Source: Saprospiraceae bacterium
Lineage (GTDB): Bacteria; Bacteroidota; Bacteroidia; Chitinophagales; Saprospiraceae
Reading direction: 5' to 3'
DNA: 64,000 nt
Assembly: GCA_020627785.1 (NCBI GenBank)
Contig: JAHDGF010000004.1
Location: 58,352 to 122,351 of the forward strand
A model generated the notes under the pieces. That model was not told the DNA's origin. It ran no database searches and worked only from the letters and a program-made list of their open reading frames with translations. The stretch's first letter is position 1. Each line of letters begins with the position of its first letter. The position numbers were made by a program, and so were the translations under genes. Shown one piece after another: positions 45,992 to 57,146 of this stretch.

Positions 45992-47067
45992 ATTTTGCTA
46001 GTCTTATTTCTAAAGTAGTGATCTGCGAGTACTAAAGCTGCCATAGCTTCAACAATCGGAACCGCTCGAGGAACTACACAAGGATCGTGTCTGCCTTTTC
46101 CTGAAACAATGGTTTTTTGATGTTGTTCATCGATTGATTCTTGGTCTCTCATTATAGTGGCCACTGGCTTGAAAGCGACTTTAAAGTTAATAGGCATTCC
46201 ATTGCTTATTCCTCCTTGAATCCCGCCAGAATGATTTGTTCCTGTCGATACGCTTCCTTCCTTAATTGTGAATTGGTCATTGTGCTCTGAACCGCGCATC
46301 TTCGTTCCTTCGAAGCCCGATCCGTATTCAAATCCTTTACAAGCGTTAATACTCAACATCGCCTTACCCAGATCAGCATGTAGTTTATCAAACACCGGTT
46401 CTCCTAATCCGACCGGCACGTTATTGATGGTACATTTTATTACACCTCCGACTGTATCGCCTTGCTTCTTTATTTCTTTGATCAAGGTTTCCATCTCTAC
46501 TGCAAGGTTCGGATCTGGACATCGTACAGGATTTTTTTCTATCTCTTTTATATTATCTAATGATAGCTCACCTTCCCAAGTCAAATGCCCTACTTGGCAG
46601 ACGTAGGCTGTAATTTCTATCCCTATTTGCTTTAGTAATAATTTAGCGATGGCACCTGCAGCAACTCTAGCCACGGTTTCTCTCGCTGAAGACCTTCCTC
46701 CTCCACGGTAATCTCTTAAGCCATATTTCTCTTGGTAGGTATAATCAGCATGACTTGGTCTGAATTTCTCTGAAATATGGCTGTAGTCTTTGGATTTTTG
46801 GTTTTTGTTTTCAATCAAGAGCGAAATTGGTGTCCCAATACTCACATTATTGAACACTCCAGAAAGAATTTGGACCTGATCAGGCTCTTTTCTTTGGGTA
46901 ACAATCGCAGATTGGCCAGGTCTCCTTCTCGCAAGTTCGTGGTTAATAAAATTCTCATCTATCTCAAGTCCAGCAGGGCATCCATCAATGATTACTCCTA
47001 GAGCCTTGCCGTGAGATTCACCAAATGTGGTTATCCTAAATATCGATCCAAAACTATTTCCTTTCAT
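45988..47067 (-). CDS. aroC: chorismate synthase
   Basis: [21 protein letters not shown]-terminus, RPGHAD-like SHADYTY and [10 protein letters not shown]. The internal ATG at 47067 matches canonical N-termini better than the track start at 47109. Confidence 0.95.
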   Translation of the reverse strand: MKGNSFGSIFRITTFGESHGKALGVIIDGCPAGLEIDENFINHELARRRPGQSAIVTQRKEPDQVQILSGVFNNVSIGTPISLLIENKNQKSKDYSHISEKFRPSHADYTYQEKYGLRDYRGGGRSSARETVARVAAGAIAKLLLKQIGIEITAYVCQVGHLTWEGELSLDNIKEIEKNPVRCPDPNLAVEMETLIKEIKKQGDTVGGVIKCTINNVPVGLGEPVFDKLHADLGKAMLSINACKGFEYGSGFEGTKMRGSEHNDQFTIKEGSVSTGTNHSGGIQGGISNGMPINFKVAFKPVATIMRDQESIDEQHQKTIVSGKGRHDPCVVPRAVPIVEAMAALVLADHYFRNKTSKI

Positions 47068-47186
47068 CTCTACAAAGATATCTATTAAATTAAGGACTAT
47101 TATAACCACAGGGCCTTAAGAATTATGGGATTAGTTTTATTAAAGTATTGTCCTACACTTGAGAAAAAAACTTAATTTTATGCGCT

Positions 47187-48728
47187 ATGGTAAATTACAT
47201 TGCTGTCCTAGATTTTGGATCACAGTACACACAGCTTATAGCTCGGAGAGTTCGAGAATTAAATGTATATGCGGAGATCATCCCATTTAATAGGGTGCCT
47301 GATCTGGACGACCCATACTTGAAAGGAATTATCTTGTCTGGAAGCCCATTCAGCGTCACGGCAGAGAATGCATTACATCCAGAGCTAGATAAAATAGTAA
47401 ATAAAAAGCCAATTCTTGGTATTTGCTATGGGGCTCAATATCTCACGCAATATTTTGGTGGAGTGGTTGCTAAGTCTGACAAAAGAGAATATGGGCCTGC
47501 TGAATTAAATCTTACAAACAGTTCCGATTTCTTATCGGAGGTTGATATGGGTACTCAAATATGGATGTCGCATGGTGATAGCATTGAAACGCCAGCAGAT
47601 CAGTTTGATGTCATCGCCAAAACAAATGATATTCCAGTGGCGGCTTTTGAAAGTAAGGAAGGAGCTTTTGACAAGAAAATTCTAGGAGTTCAATTTCATC
47701 CGGAAGTAACTCACACCATTCAAGGAAAAAAGATACTAGAAAACTTTGTCATTAAATATTGTCAATGTGAGCCAGATTGGAACTCGCAATCTTTCATTGA
47801 AAAAACAGTCAAAGAAATCCGTGAACAGGTAGGAAATAAAAAAGTCATCATGGGTTTATCCGGTGGTGTTGATTCATCTGTTGCAGCTGTATTAATTCAT
47901 CAGGCGATCGGAGACCAATTGACTTGTATATTTTTGAATAATGGTCTTTTGCGTAAAAATGAATTCCAAGAGGTCATAAACTCATACGAACACTTGAATC
48001 TTCAATTAAAGGGAATTGATGCATCTGATGCATTTCTTTCAGAACTTGAAGGTGTTAGTGATCCGGAGCAAAAACGGAAAATCATAGGTAGAGTTTTTAT
48101 TGAAGTCTTCTCCTCAGAAGCAGATAAAATTGAAGATGCAGTGTTCTTGGGTCAAGGAACGATCTATCCAGATGTCATTGAATCATTATCTGTAGTTGGA
48201 CCATCCGTGACCATTAAATCTCACCACAATGTTGGAGGACTACCTGAAAAGTTAAACCTGAGTTTGGTTGAGCCTTTAAGGATGCTTTTTAAAGACGAGG
48301 TTAGAAAGGTGGGTCGTACCTTAGGAATGCGTAAGGAGTTGATTGAAAGACATCCATTTCCAGGGCCTGGGCTGGCTATCAGGATTCTAGGAGAAATTAC
48401 AAGAGATAAAGTAGCTCTTACTCAAGAAGCAGACGCGATATTCATTAATCACTTGAAAGAAAGTGGATACTATGATAAGGTTTGGCAGGCTGGAGCAATA
48501 TTGTTGCCTGTTAAATCCGTTGGAGTAATGGGCGATGAACGAACCTATGAACTTACATGTGCATTAAGAGCTGTCGTTTCCTTGGATGGGATGACGGCCA
48601 CTTGGGCAGAACTTCCACACAGCCTACTAGCTAAAATATCTAATGATATAATTAATAAAGTAAAAGGAATAAACAGAGTCGTTTATGATATTAGTACAAA
48701 ACCGCCATCTACCATTGAGTGGGAATAA
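47187..48728 (+). CDS. guaA: GMP synthase (glutamine-hydrolysing)
   Basis: GATase (ICYGAQ, QFHPE), ATP-PPase P-loop (GLSGGVDSS), C-terminal dimerisation domain ending IEWE. Confidence 0.97.
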   Translation: MVNYIAVLDFGSQYTQLIARRVRELNVYAEIIPFNRVPDLDDPYLKGIILSGSPFSVTAENALHPELDKIVNKKPILGICYGAQYLTQYFGGVVAKSDKREYGPAELNLTNSSDFLSEVDMGTQIWMSHGDSIETPADQFDVIAKTNDIPVAAFESKEGAFDKKILGVQFHPEVTHTIQGKKILENFVIKYCQCEPDWNSQSFIEKTVKEIREQVGNKKVIMGLSGGVDSSVAAVLIHQAIGDQLTCIFLNNGLLRKNEFQEVINSYEHLNLQLKGIDASDAFLSELEGVSDPEQKRKIIGRVFIEVFSSEADKIEDAVFLGQGTIYPDVIESLSVVGPSVTIKSHHNVGGLPEKLNLSLVEPLRMLFKDEVRKVGRTLGMRKELIERHPFPGPGLAIRILGEITRDKVALTQEADAIFINHLKESGYYDKVWQAGAILLPVKSVGVMGDERTYELTCALRAVVSLDGMTATWAELPHSLLAKISNDIINKVKGINRVVYDISTKPPSTIEWE

Positions 48729-50043
48729 ATTTGCCTTTGTTCTTATCCTCTTGAGCTTGCTTTTGTTTTCTTGTAAGCCAAAGAAAAACTTAGTTGATAA
48801 TAGATCAACAAGAGTTATCACAAATAATACAACTAAGGCAAGGTCAAAAGTTGATACAATTCAATGGACCGAAGAAATTTTAGAAAACGAAATTTCTAGA
48901 ATGACCGATCAACCCTTAGAATTAAAAGACCAATATAAAATTGCGCTCTTTCTTCCTTTTAGTACCAATAATTATAATCCAAATGACTTTTTAAAGAATG
49001 GGAGTAGTGAAAATCGGTTTGCAAATTATTACAATGGAGTTAAGATGGCTTTGGATGACCTTGAAAAGGAAGGCGCAAGTTTATATGTCAATGTTTACGA
49101 TTCTGACTCCGATAACTTTGAGGCAAAGCTCAATGAGTGCGCAGATTACGACGTTGTAATAGGCCCCTATAGCAGAAATCGACTGAAAACTGCTGCTGAC
49201 TTTTGTAAAAAAAATGAAATCGTAAATATTTCTCCTTGGCAAGCTAGTTCAAAAATCACCTCTGATAATCCATATCATGTTCAACTTCGGCCAAATCAAA
49301 CGGCTTACTATGAAGCAATTTTAAAAGATGCTTTAAGTAAATATAATCCTGATCAAATATTTTTGTTAGGACGTCCGGATAAAAGAGATAAAGGGAGGAT
49401 AGGGTATTTTCAAAAATTGGCCAATGCGGAGCAAAATTTGCCGAAAGGTCAAAAATCATTGAATGAGTACTTAATAGAGGTAGACTCACTTGATAACGAA
49501 GCACTCACCTATGATGAATTATTTTTAGAAGATAATACAAGTGTTTTCATCTTACCACAATGGTCCAGTGAAGATGAAGGATTTTTATATGATTGCCTAC
49601 GAAAATTGGCCATTGAGAAAACCGATCATTCAGTGGTTGTTTATGGTATGCCGATTATGATTGACTCAGACAGAATTAGTTTTGATTATTTTCAGAATCT
49701 AAGCATTAAAGTAGCCAGAGCAAAGTGGGTTGATAGAACTGATCCAAAAGTAAGGTCTTTTCGCTCAAGTTATTTCAATCGCTTTAATGCCTTGCCAGTA
49801 AATGACGCATTGGATGGGTATGACATGATGTTATTCATCGGTCGTAACTTGATGAAGGATGGAAAAACTTTTCAATTTACATTGGATCAAGATAGAGATC
49901 GTTACCTACAGACCAGTTTTGATGTTCAGAAGGTCATGTTAACGAGTGAGGAACGGTTGGATAATTTCAATAATATTAACTACTTCGAAAACAGAAAACT
50001 TGACATTATTTCTTTTGAAAGAGATCGTTTAATTAGAAATTAG
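48685..50043 (+). CDS. lipoprotein with type-1 periplasmic-binding-protein-like region, function unknown
   Basis: Lipobox ([10 protein letters not shown]). The segment [29 protein letters not shown] resembles the LivK/PBP1 fold. The ATG start overlaps guaA by 44 nt; a TTG at 48715 is an alternative. Confidence 0.45.
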   Translation: MILVQNRHLPLSGNKFAFVLILLSLLLFSCKPKKNLVDNRSTRVITNNTTKARSKVDTIQWTEEILENEISRMTDQPLELKDQYKIALFLPFSTNNYNPNDFLKNGSSENRFANYYNGVKMALDDLEKEGASLYVNVYDSDSDNFEAKLNECADYDVVIGPYSRNRLKTAADFCKKNEIVNISPWQASSKITSDNPYHVQLRPNQTAYYEAILKDALSKYNPDQIFLLGRPDKRDKGRIGYFQKLANAEQNLPKGQKSLNEYLIEVDSLDNEALTYDELFLEDNTSVFILPQWSSEDEGFLYDCLRKLAIEKTDHSVVVYGMPIMIDSDRISFDYFQNLSIKVARAKWVDRTDPKVRSFRSSYFNRFNALPVNDALDGYDMMLFIGRNLMKDGKTFQFTLDQDRDRYLQTSFDVQKVMLTSEERLDNFNNINYFENRKLDIISFERDRLIRN

Positions 50044-50044
50044 A

Positions 50045-50653
50045 ATGATTCTGACAGAAAAAAGGGAAAGTCGATTTAAAGAAGTCATTGCCAAACGGCA
50101 GAGAGATTTAACCATTGTATTAGAGAATGTCCACGATCCACATAATATTGGCGCTGTGCTTAGGACTTGCGATGCAGTAGGGATTCACGAAATCTTCGTC
50201 TTGTACACCGAAGAGAAGTTACAGAAGAGAAAAGTGAAAGGAGGAAAGAGTGCTTCTGGAGCTTCTAAATGGGTAAGTGTCAGATATTTCGAATCAAGAG
50301 AAACCTGCTTTGCAGCCATTCGTGAAAACTATAATTTCATTTATGCAACACATATGGCTAAAGAAAGTGTGAGTCTACATTCTTTAGACCTTTGTTCTTC
50401 AGTAGCACTATTATTTGGAAATGAACATGATGGAATCTCGAAAGAATCATTAGGCCTTTGCGATGGTAATTATCTGATTCCAATGCACGGGATGGTGCAA
50501 AGCCTTAATATTTCTGTCGCATGTGCAGTTTCTATTTATGAAGCACTCAGACAAAGAGAGGCGAAGGATATGTACGCTAAATCATACTCTGAACAAAATA
50601 AAGTTCATAGTGCTCAATACCAAGAATGGTATAACCGTCAACTACATCGCTAA
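50045..50653 (+). CDS. SpoU/TrmH-family RNA 2'-O-methyltransferase
   Basis: SPOUT motifs (LENVHDPHNIGAVLRTCDAVG, LLFGNEHDGIS, IPMHGMVQSLNISVACAV). Confidence 0.85.
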   Translation: MILTEKRESRFKEVIAKRQRDLTIVLENVHDPHNIGAVLRTCDAVGIHEIFVLYTEEKLQKRKVKGGKSASGASKWVSVRYFESRETCFAAIRENYNFIYATHMAKESVSLHSLDLCSSVALLFGNEHDGISKESLGLCDGNYLIPMHGMVQSLNISVACAVSIYEALRQREAKDMYAKSYSEQNKVHSAQYQEWYNRQLHR

Positions 50654-51015
50654 TGGACCTTGGAGAACTTATCGAATACTGTGTGAAGTTTAAGGCAAGC
50701 ACTGAAGATTTCCCTTTTGATGAAGTAACATTGACTTATAAAGTGGGAGGCAAGATCTTTATAATAATCCCTACAGATTCTGAAGAGTTACGCATTAATA
50801 TAAAATGTAACCCTGAAAAAGCGATTCAATTAAGAGAAGAATATCCCGCCATTATTCCTGGATTTCATATGAATAAAAAACACTGGAATACAGTGATTTT
50901 GGATGGTTCTTTATCGCGCAAACTTTTGCATGAATTGATCAGTCACTCCTATGAATTGGTGTATAAGACTTTGACTAAGGCCAAAAGAGAAGAAATATCT
51001 AACATGGAGGAATGA
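50653..51015 (+). CDS. MmcQ/YjbR-family protein
   Basis: 120 aa with the characteristic GFHMNKKHWNTV motif. 1-nt TAATG overlap with the upstream gene. Confidence 0.8.
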   Translation: MDLGELIEYCVKFKASTEDFPFDEVTLTYKVGGKIFIIIPTDSEELRINIKCNPEKAIQLREEYPAIIPGFHMNKKHWNTVILDGSLSRKLLHELISHSYELVYKTLTKAKREEISNMEE

Positions 51016-52061
51016 CCGTAGATTATCTAATTATAGGTCAAGGATTAGCAGGTACCTTAGTGGCCCATCATTTGCGAAAGCACGGTAAGTCCATTCATGT
51101 CATTGATAATGCGCATAAAAATAGTGCTTCAAAAATAGCTGCAGGTTTAATTAATCCAGTAACGGGACGGAAGTATGTAAAGAGCTGGCGCATTGATGAA
51201 TTAATTCCAGCTTCGATTAAAACTTACACGGAGCTTGGACAAGAATTAGGTGTCGATTTACTTGTACAGCAGAACATCCTCAGAATTATTTTTGACCAGA
51301 AATCAGAAAGGTATTGGGATGATTTAATCATGAAAGGCGTTGCAGAAAAGTACATTCAAGAATCAGCAGATATTGAAGCCTATCAAGATTTGTTGCATCA
51401 ATTTCATGGGGTAGGTGAGTTATCTGGATATAGAGTTAATTTAGAATTATTGATTAGCGCTTTCGCAAATGTATTATCAGGAGAGAAAAGTTTAACCACG
51501 GAAGATTTTAAATACTCAAGTATTGAGCTTAGCGATCATTTTGTAGGCTATAAAGGCATATCTGCGACGCATGTTATTTTTTGCGATGGTGCTAGAGCAA
51601 TCCATAATCCCTTTTTTAATTATTTGCCTTTTCAACCAGCAAAAGGAGAGGCAATTAAATTTGTTTTGGATAACTTTCAAAGTAAAAAAATCTTACGTCA
51701 CAAGCAGTTTATTATACCGATGGATGGACAATTCTGGTCGGGAGGAAGTTATGAATGGGAGGAGTTAAACGAAGAGCCGACTCTTGGATTCAAGGAAAAA
51801 TGGCTTATAGATATGCAATCAATGATTGTTCAGAAACCTCAAATTGTCTCTCACCAAGCGGCTGTTAGACCAGCTGTAAAGGGAAGGAGACCATTGCTAG
51901 GGACACATCCTAAATATAAAAATGTACACATCTTTAATGGGTTAGGAACCAAAGGCTCCTCTTTAGCTCCCTTGTTTGTAGAGCAGTTTATTAATCACTT
52001 ACTTGGTCTAAATTCTATTGATGAAGGAGTGAGTATAGAACGTTTTGAAAGTTTATATTAG
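51012..52061 (+). CDS. FAD-dependent oxidoreductase (DAO family)
   Basis: N-terminal dinucleotide-binding motif (DYLIIGQGLAGTLVAHHL), C-terminal GLGTKG. ATGA overlap with the upstream gene. Confidence 0.8.
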   Translation: MTVDYLIIGQGLAGTLVAHHLRKHGKSIHVIDNAHKNSASKIAAGLINPVTGRKYVKSWRIDELIPASIKTYTELGQELGVDLLVQQNILRIIFDQKSERYWDDLIMKGVAEKYIQESADIEAYQDLLHQFHGVGELSGYRVNLELLISAFANVLSGEKSLTTEDFKYSSIELSDHFVGYKGISATHVIFCDGARAIHNPFFNYLPFQPAKGEAIKFVLDNFQSKKILRHKQFIIPMDGQFWSGGSYEWEELNEEPTLGFKEKWLIDMQSMIVQKPQIVSHQAAVRPAVKGRRPLLGTHPKYKNVHIFNGLGTKGSSLAPLFVEQFINHLLGLNSIDEGVSIERFESLY

Positions 52062-52221
52062 GCTTAATTAGATTTATAATTATATGATATCCATAGCTCT
52101 AGCTGGACTTATTTACTTTGCACAATCACTTACTTTTTCATTTATAGTTGTCATTTGATTGAAGAAATTGATATTGTTTCATTAATTTAGAAGCAATCAT
52201 TTTAAATCAATCCTCAACAAA

Positions 52222-55200
52222 ATGAAAAATTCTCTCGCGCTTTGTCTTCCAATTATTCTACTATTCATATTGCCAGCCCCAAATTTTGCGCAATTGTCTG
52301 ACGGTTCTTATGCCCCGGACTTTACTTTGCCTGCAACTGATGGTGGTACCTATACATTGTATGATTATTTAGATGACGGTAAATCTGTTGTTCTAGATTT
52401 TAGTGCCACAGGGTGTCCACCTTGTTGGTCATATCATCAAGGAGGGACATTAGAAGATGTCTATAATAATTTAGGTCCAGGTGGAACAAATCAAGCCATG
52501 GTATTTATGGTAGAAGCTGATGGGAGTACATCAGAAGATTGTATTTATGGCGCCTCCACATGCACTGGGGGTACGCTTGGTGATTGGACTGCAGGGGTGA
52601 ATTACCCAATTTTAAATCCAAATTCTGGCGATGCAAACGCAGTTGCTAGTGACTATGCCATAGGTTATTGGCCCACAGTTTACGGAGTTGCACCCAATGG
52701 TCAGATATACGAAATTGGTCAAGCTGGATCTAGCACCTGGGAAAGTTATCTAGCAGGATCTTTCCAGATGGTTTTATCTGAATATGAGGTGATAGACAAT
52801 GGCTGTTTATATGATATTGATATTACACCTGTTGGCGGAGAAGGCGATATTGACTTTGAATGGAGCAATGGCGCAACAACAGAAGACTTGTATGAAGTTA
52901 TTCCTGGTGACTATTATGTGACCTTGACTGACGAGAATAATTTTGATTTTGTATTAGGACCGATTGAGGTGAATGGATTAGCTCCTATCGAAATTTACAC
53001 CATCGAAGAATCAAATGTTATTTGCTATGGAGATGCAACTGGTTTTATAAATGCCGAAGCTGTTGGCGGAACAGGGGACTTTAACTACGATTGGAGCGAT
53101 GGTTCAACAGGACCTATTTTGTCGGATCTTGTAGCGGATACTTATATTGTCACAGTAACAGACAACGGTACAGGCTGTACCGAGGAGGAAACCTATTTTA
53201 TTGATGAACCAGAAGAAATTGAAGTTGAAACAATTGTATACGACGCACTTTGTGGTAATGTTGGGCAGGTATCCTTCGAGCCAGAAGGAGGAGCTCCTCC
53301 TTTTAGTTACATATTCGAGGATTTTACTTCTCCTAATAACGATATTACCCTTGATCCAGGATACTACTATGTTACCATAGAAGATTCTGAAGGTTGCCAA
53401 ATAACAGATGAATTTGAAATATTTGAAATACCAGGACCTGCTGCTTCTGCAGTTGCCAGTAATACCATAACCTGTCTTGCTCCGGCTGTTGTTATAAGCA
53501 GTGATGGATCAGCAACCGGCTCAAATATTAGTTATACTTGGTATGATTCAAGCCTGAATATTGTAGGTAATGATCAAGACCTCACCGTAACATTAGGAGG
53601 AACTTATACATTAGTCGTTTTGGATGATGACTCAGGGTGTAGCTCTACCGTAATGGCAACGGTATCTGAAAATACAACGACTCCAAGTGTCTCTTTAGGA
53701 TATTCCAATGCCATAAATTGTTTAACATCTACGGCTACCTTGACCAGTTCAAGTACGAATCCAAATTTATCTTACCAATGGTCCACGACCAACGGAGTGC
53801 TTGTTTCTGGAATGACAACAGGCACTGCAGTAGTAAGCGCAGGGGGTAGTTACATACTCACTGCAACAGACCCAACCAATGGTTGTTCGACAGCAACCGA
53901 AATTATCGTTCCTGCTGATACTGCTTTGCCAAACAGTACCATATCTGGAAATACGAGCTTCTGTGAAGGTGCAACAACTACCTTATGTGTCCCTTCGGAT
54001 CCGGCAGTCTCAATTTCTTGGCTTGTCGATGGAGTTGCAGGAGGAAACAGTGATTGTATTTCAGTAAATACATCAAGTAATATTTCAGTTCAAGTAACAA
54101 ATCCATCTAGTGGTTGTAGCTCAACTCAAACGGTAGCTACCATTCAAAGTGCACTGCCAGCTGCTGCTGTTCAAGGTGAAATGTCGTTCTGCGAAGGAGG
54201 TTCAACAAGTATTTGTGCCACCTTACAGCCGGGAGAAACTGCCCAATGGGTTTCAAATGGCCAGGTACTAAGCATGACGGAATGTGTGACGCTTTCTCAA
54301 ACAATAGATTTAGAATTAATTATAACTAATACAGAAGGATGCAGTGCTTCATCGCTATTTGCCATTTCAGCCTTACCAACTCCAGATTCCTCCATTAGTG
54401 GAGACTTTGGATTTTGTGAAGGAGGAACCACAACACTTTGTGTGCCGCAAGTGATGGGTCATATGTATGAATGGTTTGTTGATGGGGTAGCTTCAGGAGA
54501 TGCTTCTTGCATCGAGGTGAATAGTAATTCGGATGTAAGTGTTGAAGTAGCAAATGCTAGTGGATGCCTTAGTAGTACAACAGCTTCTATACAGCAATTC
54601 GATGATCCAATGGCAAGCATAGCACCAACCAATATTTTAGATTGTGATAATCCAAATGCATATCTTGATTTATCTACGGATCATCCGGACAATACATTCA
54701 GTTGGATTTCTCCGGATGGAATTGCCTACAGTACAGATGAAGATATTTCTGTAAGTATTGGAGGTGTTTGGACTGTGGTTGTGACTTCTCCTTTTGGGTG
54801 TGTTACAGAAACCACAATCGAGGTAGATCAAGATTCTGATTCATTTGCGAGTCCAAATTTTAGTGAATCCAATGTGGACCTTGAAGTTAGCTTCATTGAT
54901 CAATCTTCTGGCCAAAACATTTCATCATACGCTTGGGATTTTGGAGATGGAAATACCTCTTCAGAACAGAACCCAACGCATACATATGAGGAAGTAGGGA
55001 TATATACGGTTTGTTTAACGGTTAGTAATAACTGCGGGATTAATACCAGATGTAAAGACGTAGCCGCGGCTTTCCCAATATTATTAACTACTTCAGTTTC
55101 GAATGTTACCTGCAACGCAGGTACTGATGGAAGCATCAGTATAAACATTGAAGGAGGAATACCTCCATATGAAATTGATTGGAATGGCTTGGGAACAATG

Positions 55201-55788
55201 CCTGATCTTGAGAATCTACCTGCTGGTACTTATCCAATAGCAATTATAGATGCAGCAGGATCTGTATTTGATGGAATATATCAAGTGTCAGAACCAGATG
55301 CGATTAGTATTGAGGCGACCATCGGTGATGCAACCAATGGAGAAGCAAATGGCTCAATCGATTTACTCACCTCTGGTGGAAATGGAAACTTTACCTATGA
55401 ATGGGACAATGGAATGACTGGTCCTTCAATCTCAGGACTAGAAGCAGGCTTTTACGCCGTAGTCGCTATAGATGAAAAGGGATGCGAATCAACTTCAACA
55501 TTCGAAGTAATGGCCTCAACTTCTATTCATGATTTAGAGTTACTCAATGATCTTACAATATCACCAAACCCTGTTTCTGATTTGCAGACTTTCAATATAA
55601 GCTTAAGTCAAAAATCAAAAGTTTTGGTTGAGTGGATAGATGTTCAAGGTAGAGTTGTGATTAATGAAAATTACGATGTAAAAGATATAAACATAACAAA
55701 AGACATCAGCAATTTAGATGCAGGTGTTTACTTCATAAGATTGACCGTAGAAGGTCAATCTGCTGCACAAAGATTTATTAAGATTTAA
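52222..55788 (+). CDS. T9SS-sorted surface protein: N-terminal redoxin-like domain (CPPC), SprB repeats, Ig-like repeats, PKD domain, CTD
   Basis: Signal peptide present. APDFTLPATDGGTYTLYDYLDDGKSVVLDFSATGCPPCW (AhpC/TSA-TlpA-like). SprB repeats (CYGDATGFINAEAVGGTGDFNYDWSDG; CNAGTDGSISINIEGGIPPYEIDWNG). PKD (YAWDFGDGNTSSEQNPTHTY). CTD (ISPNPVSD...GVYFIRLTVEGQSAAQRFIKI). Confidence 0.8.
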   Translation: MKNSLALCLPIILLFILPAPNFAQLSDGSYAPDFTLPATDGGTYTLYDYLDDGKSVVLDFSATGCPPCWSYHQGGTLEDVYNNLGPGGTNQAMVFMVEADGSTSEDCIYGASTCTGGTLGDWTAGVNYPILNPNSGDANAVASDYAIGYWPTVYGVAPNGQIYEIGQAGSSTWESYLAGSFQMVLSEYEVIDNGCLYDIDITPVGGEGDIDFEWSNGATTEDLYEVIPGDYYVTLTDENNFDFVLGPIEVNGLAPIEIYTIEESNVICYGDATGFINAEAVGGTGDFNYDWSDGSTGPILSDLVADTYIVTVTDNGTGCTEEETYFIDEPEEIEVETIVYDALCGNVGQVSFEPEGGAPPFSYIFEDFTSPNNDITLDPGYYYVTIEDSEGCQITDEFEIFEIPGPAASAVASNTITCLAPAVVISSDGSATGSNISYTWYDSSLNIVGNDQDLTVTLGGTYTLVVLDDDSGCSSTVMATVSENTTTPSVSLGYSNAINCLTSTATLTSSSTNPNLSYQWSTTNGVLVSGMTTGTAVVSAGGSYILTATDPTNGCSTATEIIVPADTALPNSTISGNTSFCEGATTTLCVPSDPAVSISWLVDGVAGGNSDCISVNTSSNISVQVTNPSSGCSSTQTVATIQSALPAAAVQGEMSFCEGGSTSICATLQPGETAQWVSNGQVLSMTECVTLSQTIDLELIITNTEGCSASSLFAISALPTPDSSISGDFGFCEGGTTTLCVPQVMGHMYEWFVDGVASGDASCIEVNSNSDVSVEVANASGCLSSTTASIQQFDDPMASIAPTNILDCDNPNAYLDLSTDHPDNTFSWISPDGIAYSTDEDISVSIGGVWTVVVTSPFGCVTETTIEVDQDSDSFASPNFSESNVDLEVSFIDQSSGQNISSYAWDFGDGNTSSEQNPTHTYEEVGIYTVCLTVSNNCGINTRCKDVAAAFPILLTTSVSNVTCNAGTDGSISINIEGGIPPYEIDWNGLGTMPDLENLPAGTYPIAIIDAAGSVFDGIYQVSEPDAISIEATIGDATNGEANGSIDLLTSGGNGNFTYEWDNGMTGPSISGLEAGFYAVVAIDEKGCESTSTFEVMASTSIHDLELLNDLTISPNPVSDLQTFNISLSQKSKVLVEWIDVQGRVVINENYDVKDINITKDISNLDAGVYFIRLTVEGQSAAQRFIKI
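53941..54600. repeat. three tandem ~75-codon Ig-like modules inside the T9SS protein
   Basis: Units start near 53941, 54168 and 54393. Each has the pattern (I/V)(S/Q)G(N/E/D)..FCEGG.T(T/S).(L/I)C ... (C/S) ... GC(S/L)S. Confidence 0.5.
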
Positions 55789-56527
55789 GATTCAAATTTA
55801 AAGTCAACTGAGATCCTGGTCTCAGTTGACTTAATTTTGAAATTTCATATTTTTTAAGGAAGGCCACCCTTGGGTAACCTCCGGTATTCTGACCATCATT
55901 CAAAAGGATAACTAATTCACCACTGGGTAATAGTTGGATTACACCAGGAAAAGTACACATACTTTTCTGTGGGAAAGCTTCCTTTAATATTAATTTTTCA
56001 CCTTTTAGGTAGCAGCCTTGTCGATCCGATTCAGAACTTATTGATGCTTGATAGTGCATCAAAGTCATTTTACATTCTTGATCCAATAAATTCCATTCCG
56101 GACCTCTCCAGATTTCTAGTTCCTTGAATATATTTATCCTTTTTGTCTGAAGCTCTTTTTTTGGCTTTCGCAAATCTATTCCTACATAGGATCGAAATCC
56201 ATCTTTTGCATAAGATCCTTTCAATGTTTGACCAGCTTTTACTTTTACTATTTTCCCATTTGAAACTGAATCCCCATCAATGGTCCAATCCATAACAGCA
56301 CCTGAAATTACAAGCCAGCTAGCTTGTTTTATTTTTATTTCCGCCGCTCTAAAACTTACCTCATAAATAACTGCATCATCACTTAAACAATCCATTAGGG
56401 GTTTGGCAGATATTTGATCTAAAGCGCCGCCAACAGGATACCCATAAAATAATCCTTGAGGGGTTTCTTTGCTGACTTCTAGACACAGTTCACTATATTT
56501 TTCTATCGAAACTAATTCAGTTTTCAA
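55778..56527 (-). CDS. pxpC: 5-oxoprolinase subunit C-like (biotin-dependent carboxyltransferase family, KipA/PxpC)
   Basis: SDRQGCYLKG and NDGQNTGGYPRVA motifs, next to a pxpB-like gene. At 249 aa it is shorter than the ~310-aa E. coli PxpC, with a degenerate N-terminus. TTG start in the track. Confidence 0.72.
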   Translation of the reverse strand: MKTELVSIEKYSELCLEVSKETPQGLFYGYPVGGALDQISAKPLMDCLSDDAVIYEVSFRAAEIKIKQASWLVISGAVMDWTIDGDSVSNGKIVKVKAGQTLKGSYAKDGFRSYVGIDLRKPKKELQTKRINIFKELEIWRGPEWNLLDQECKMTLMHYQASISSESDRQGCYLKGEKLILKEAFPQKSMCTFPGVIQLLPSGELVILLNDGQNTGGYPRVAFLKKYEISKLSQLRPGSQLTLNLNLKS

Positions 56528-57146
56528 ATCGAAATTTTATTTCTTGATTTATAGATGGAAGTTGATTAATCGATTTTTCATTGGTGAAAGTGAAATCGGT
56601 CGAGCCTATAATGTTCCACCCAGCAGGTGCTCCGGTGCCATAGATTCCAATATACTTGCCTCCAATAGCCAGACTACCTGCAACAACCTTTTGTCTAGGA
56701 TTTTTTCTTCTTGGTACTTGGTAGGGAGTTTTCAATCCATTTAAATACAGAAACCCAGGGCGGAATCCATACATGCATACTGTAAATTTATTCTTTTTGA
56801 GCATCGTCTTAAATTCTTCTTTTGTCTTTCCACTTTCGTTTAAAACCAATTCCCAGTCTAAGCCTTTCTCTAAATTTACTTTTATTTGATAAGCCTGCGT
56901 TTTAATAGTACTCCAGCCTAATTCTAAATTATCTAATGTTCTTGGGTGAAAATCTTGAGCTCCATATATGAGGATTTCAGATTCACTGGCTACTATATTA
57001 TCAATATTATCTTGATGGTGATGTTGAAGTTTTTCAGCAAGTAAGGGTAAGGATTTTTTAGTTGGATTCAGTGTTTGAAGCAACCACAGATCGTCCTCAA
57101 TATGTACACAATTAAATTCCAACCTATTAATTTTTAATAAATTCAA
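56517..57146 (-). CDS. pxpB: 5-oxoprolinase subunit B-like (KipI/PxpB)
   Basis: GFRPGFLYLNGL, VPRRKNPRQKVVAGSLAIGG and PAGWNIIG motifs. TTG start in the track. Confidence 0.78.
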   Translation of the reverse strand: MNLLKINRLEFNCVHIEDDLWLLQTLNPTKKSLPLLAEKLQHHHQDNIDNIVASESEILIYGAQDFHPRTLDNLELGWSTIKTQAYQIKVNLEKGLDWELVLNESGKTKEEFKTMLKKNKFTVCMYGFRPGFLYLNGLKTPYQVPRRKNPRQKVVAGSLAIGGKYIGIYGTGAPAGWNIIGSTDFTFTNEKSINQLPSINQEIKFRFEN

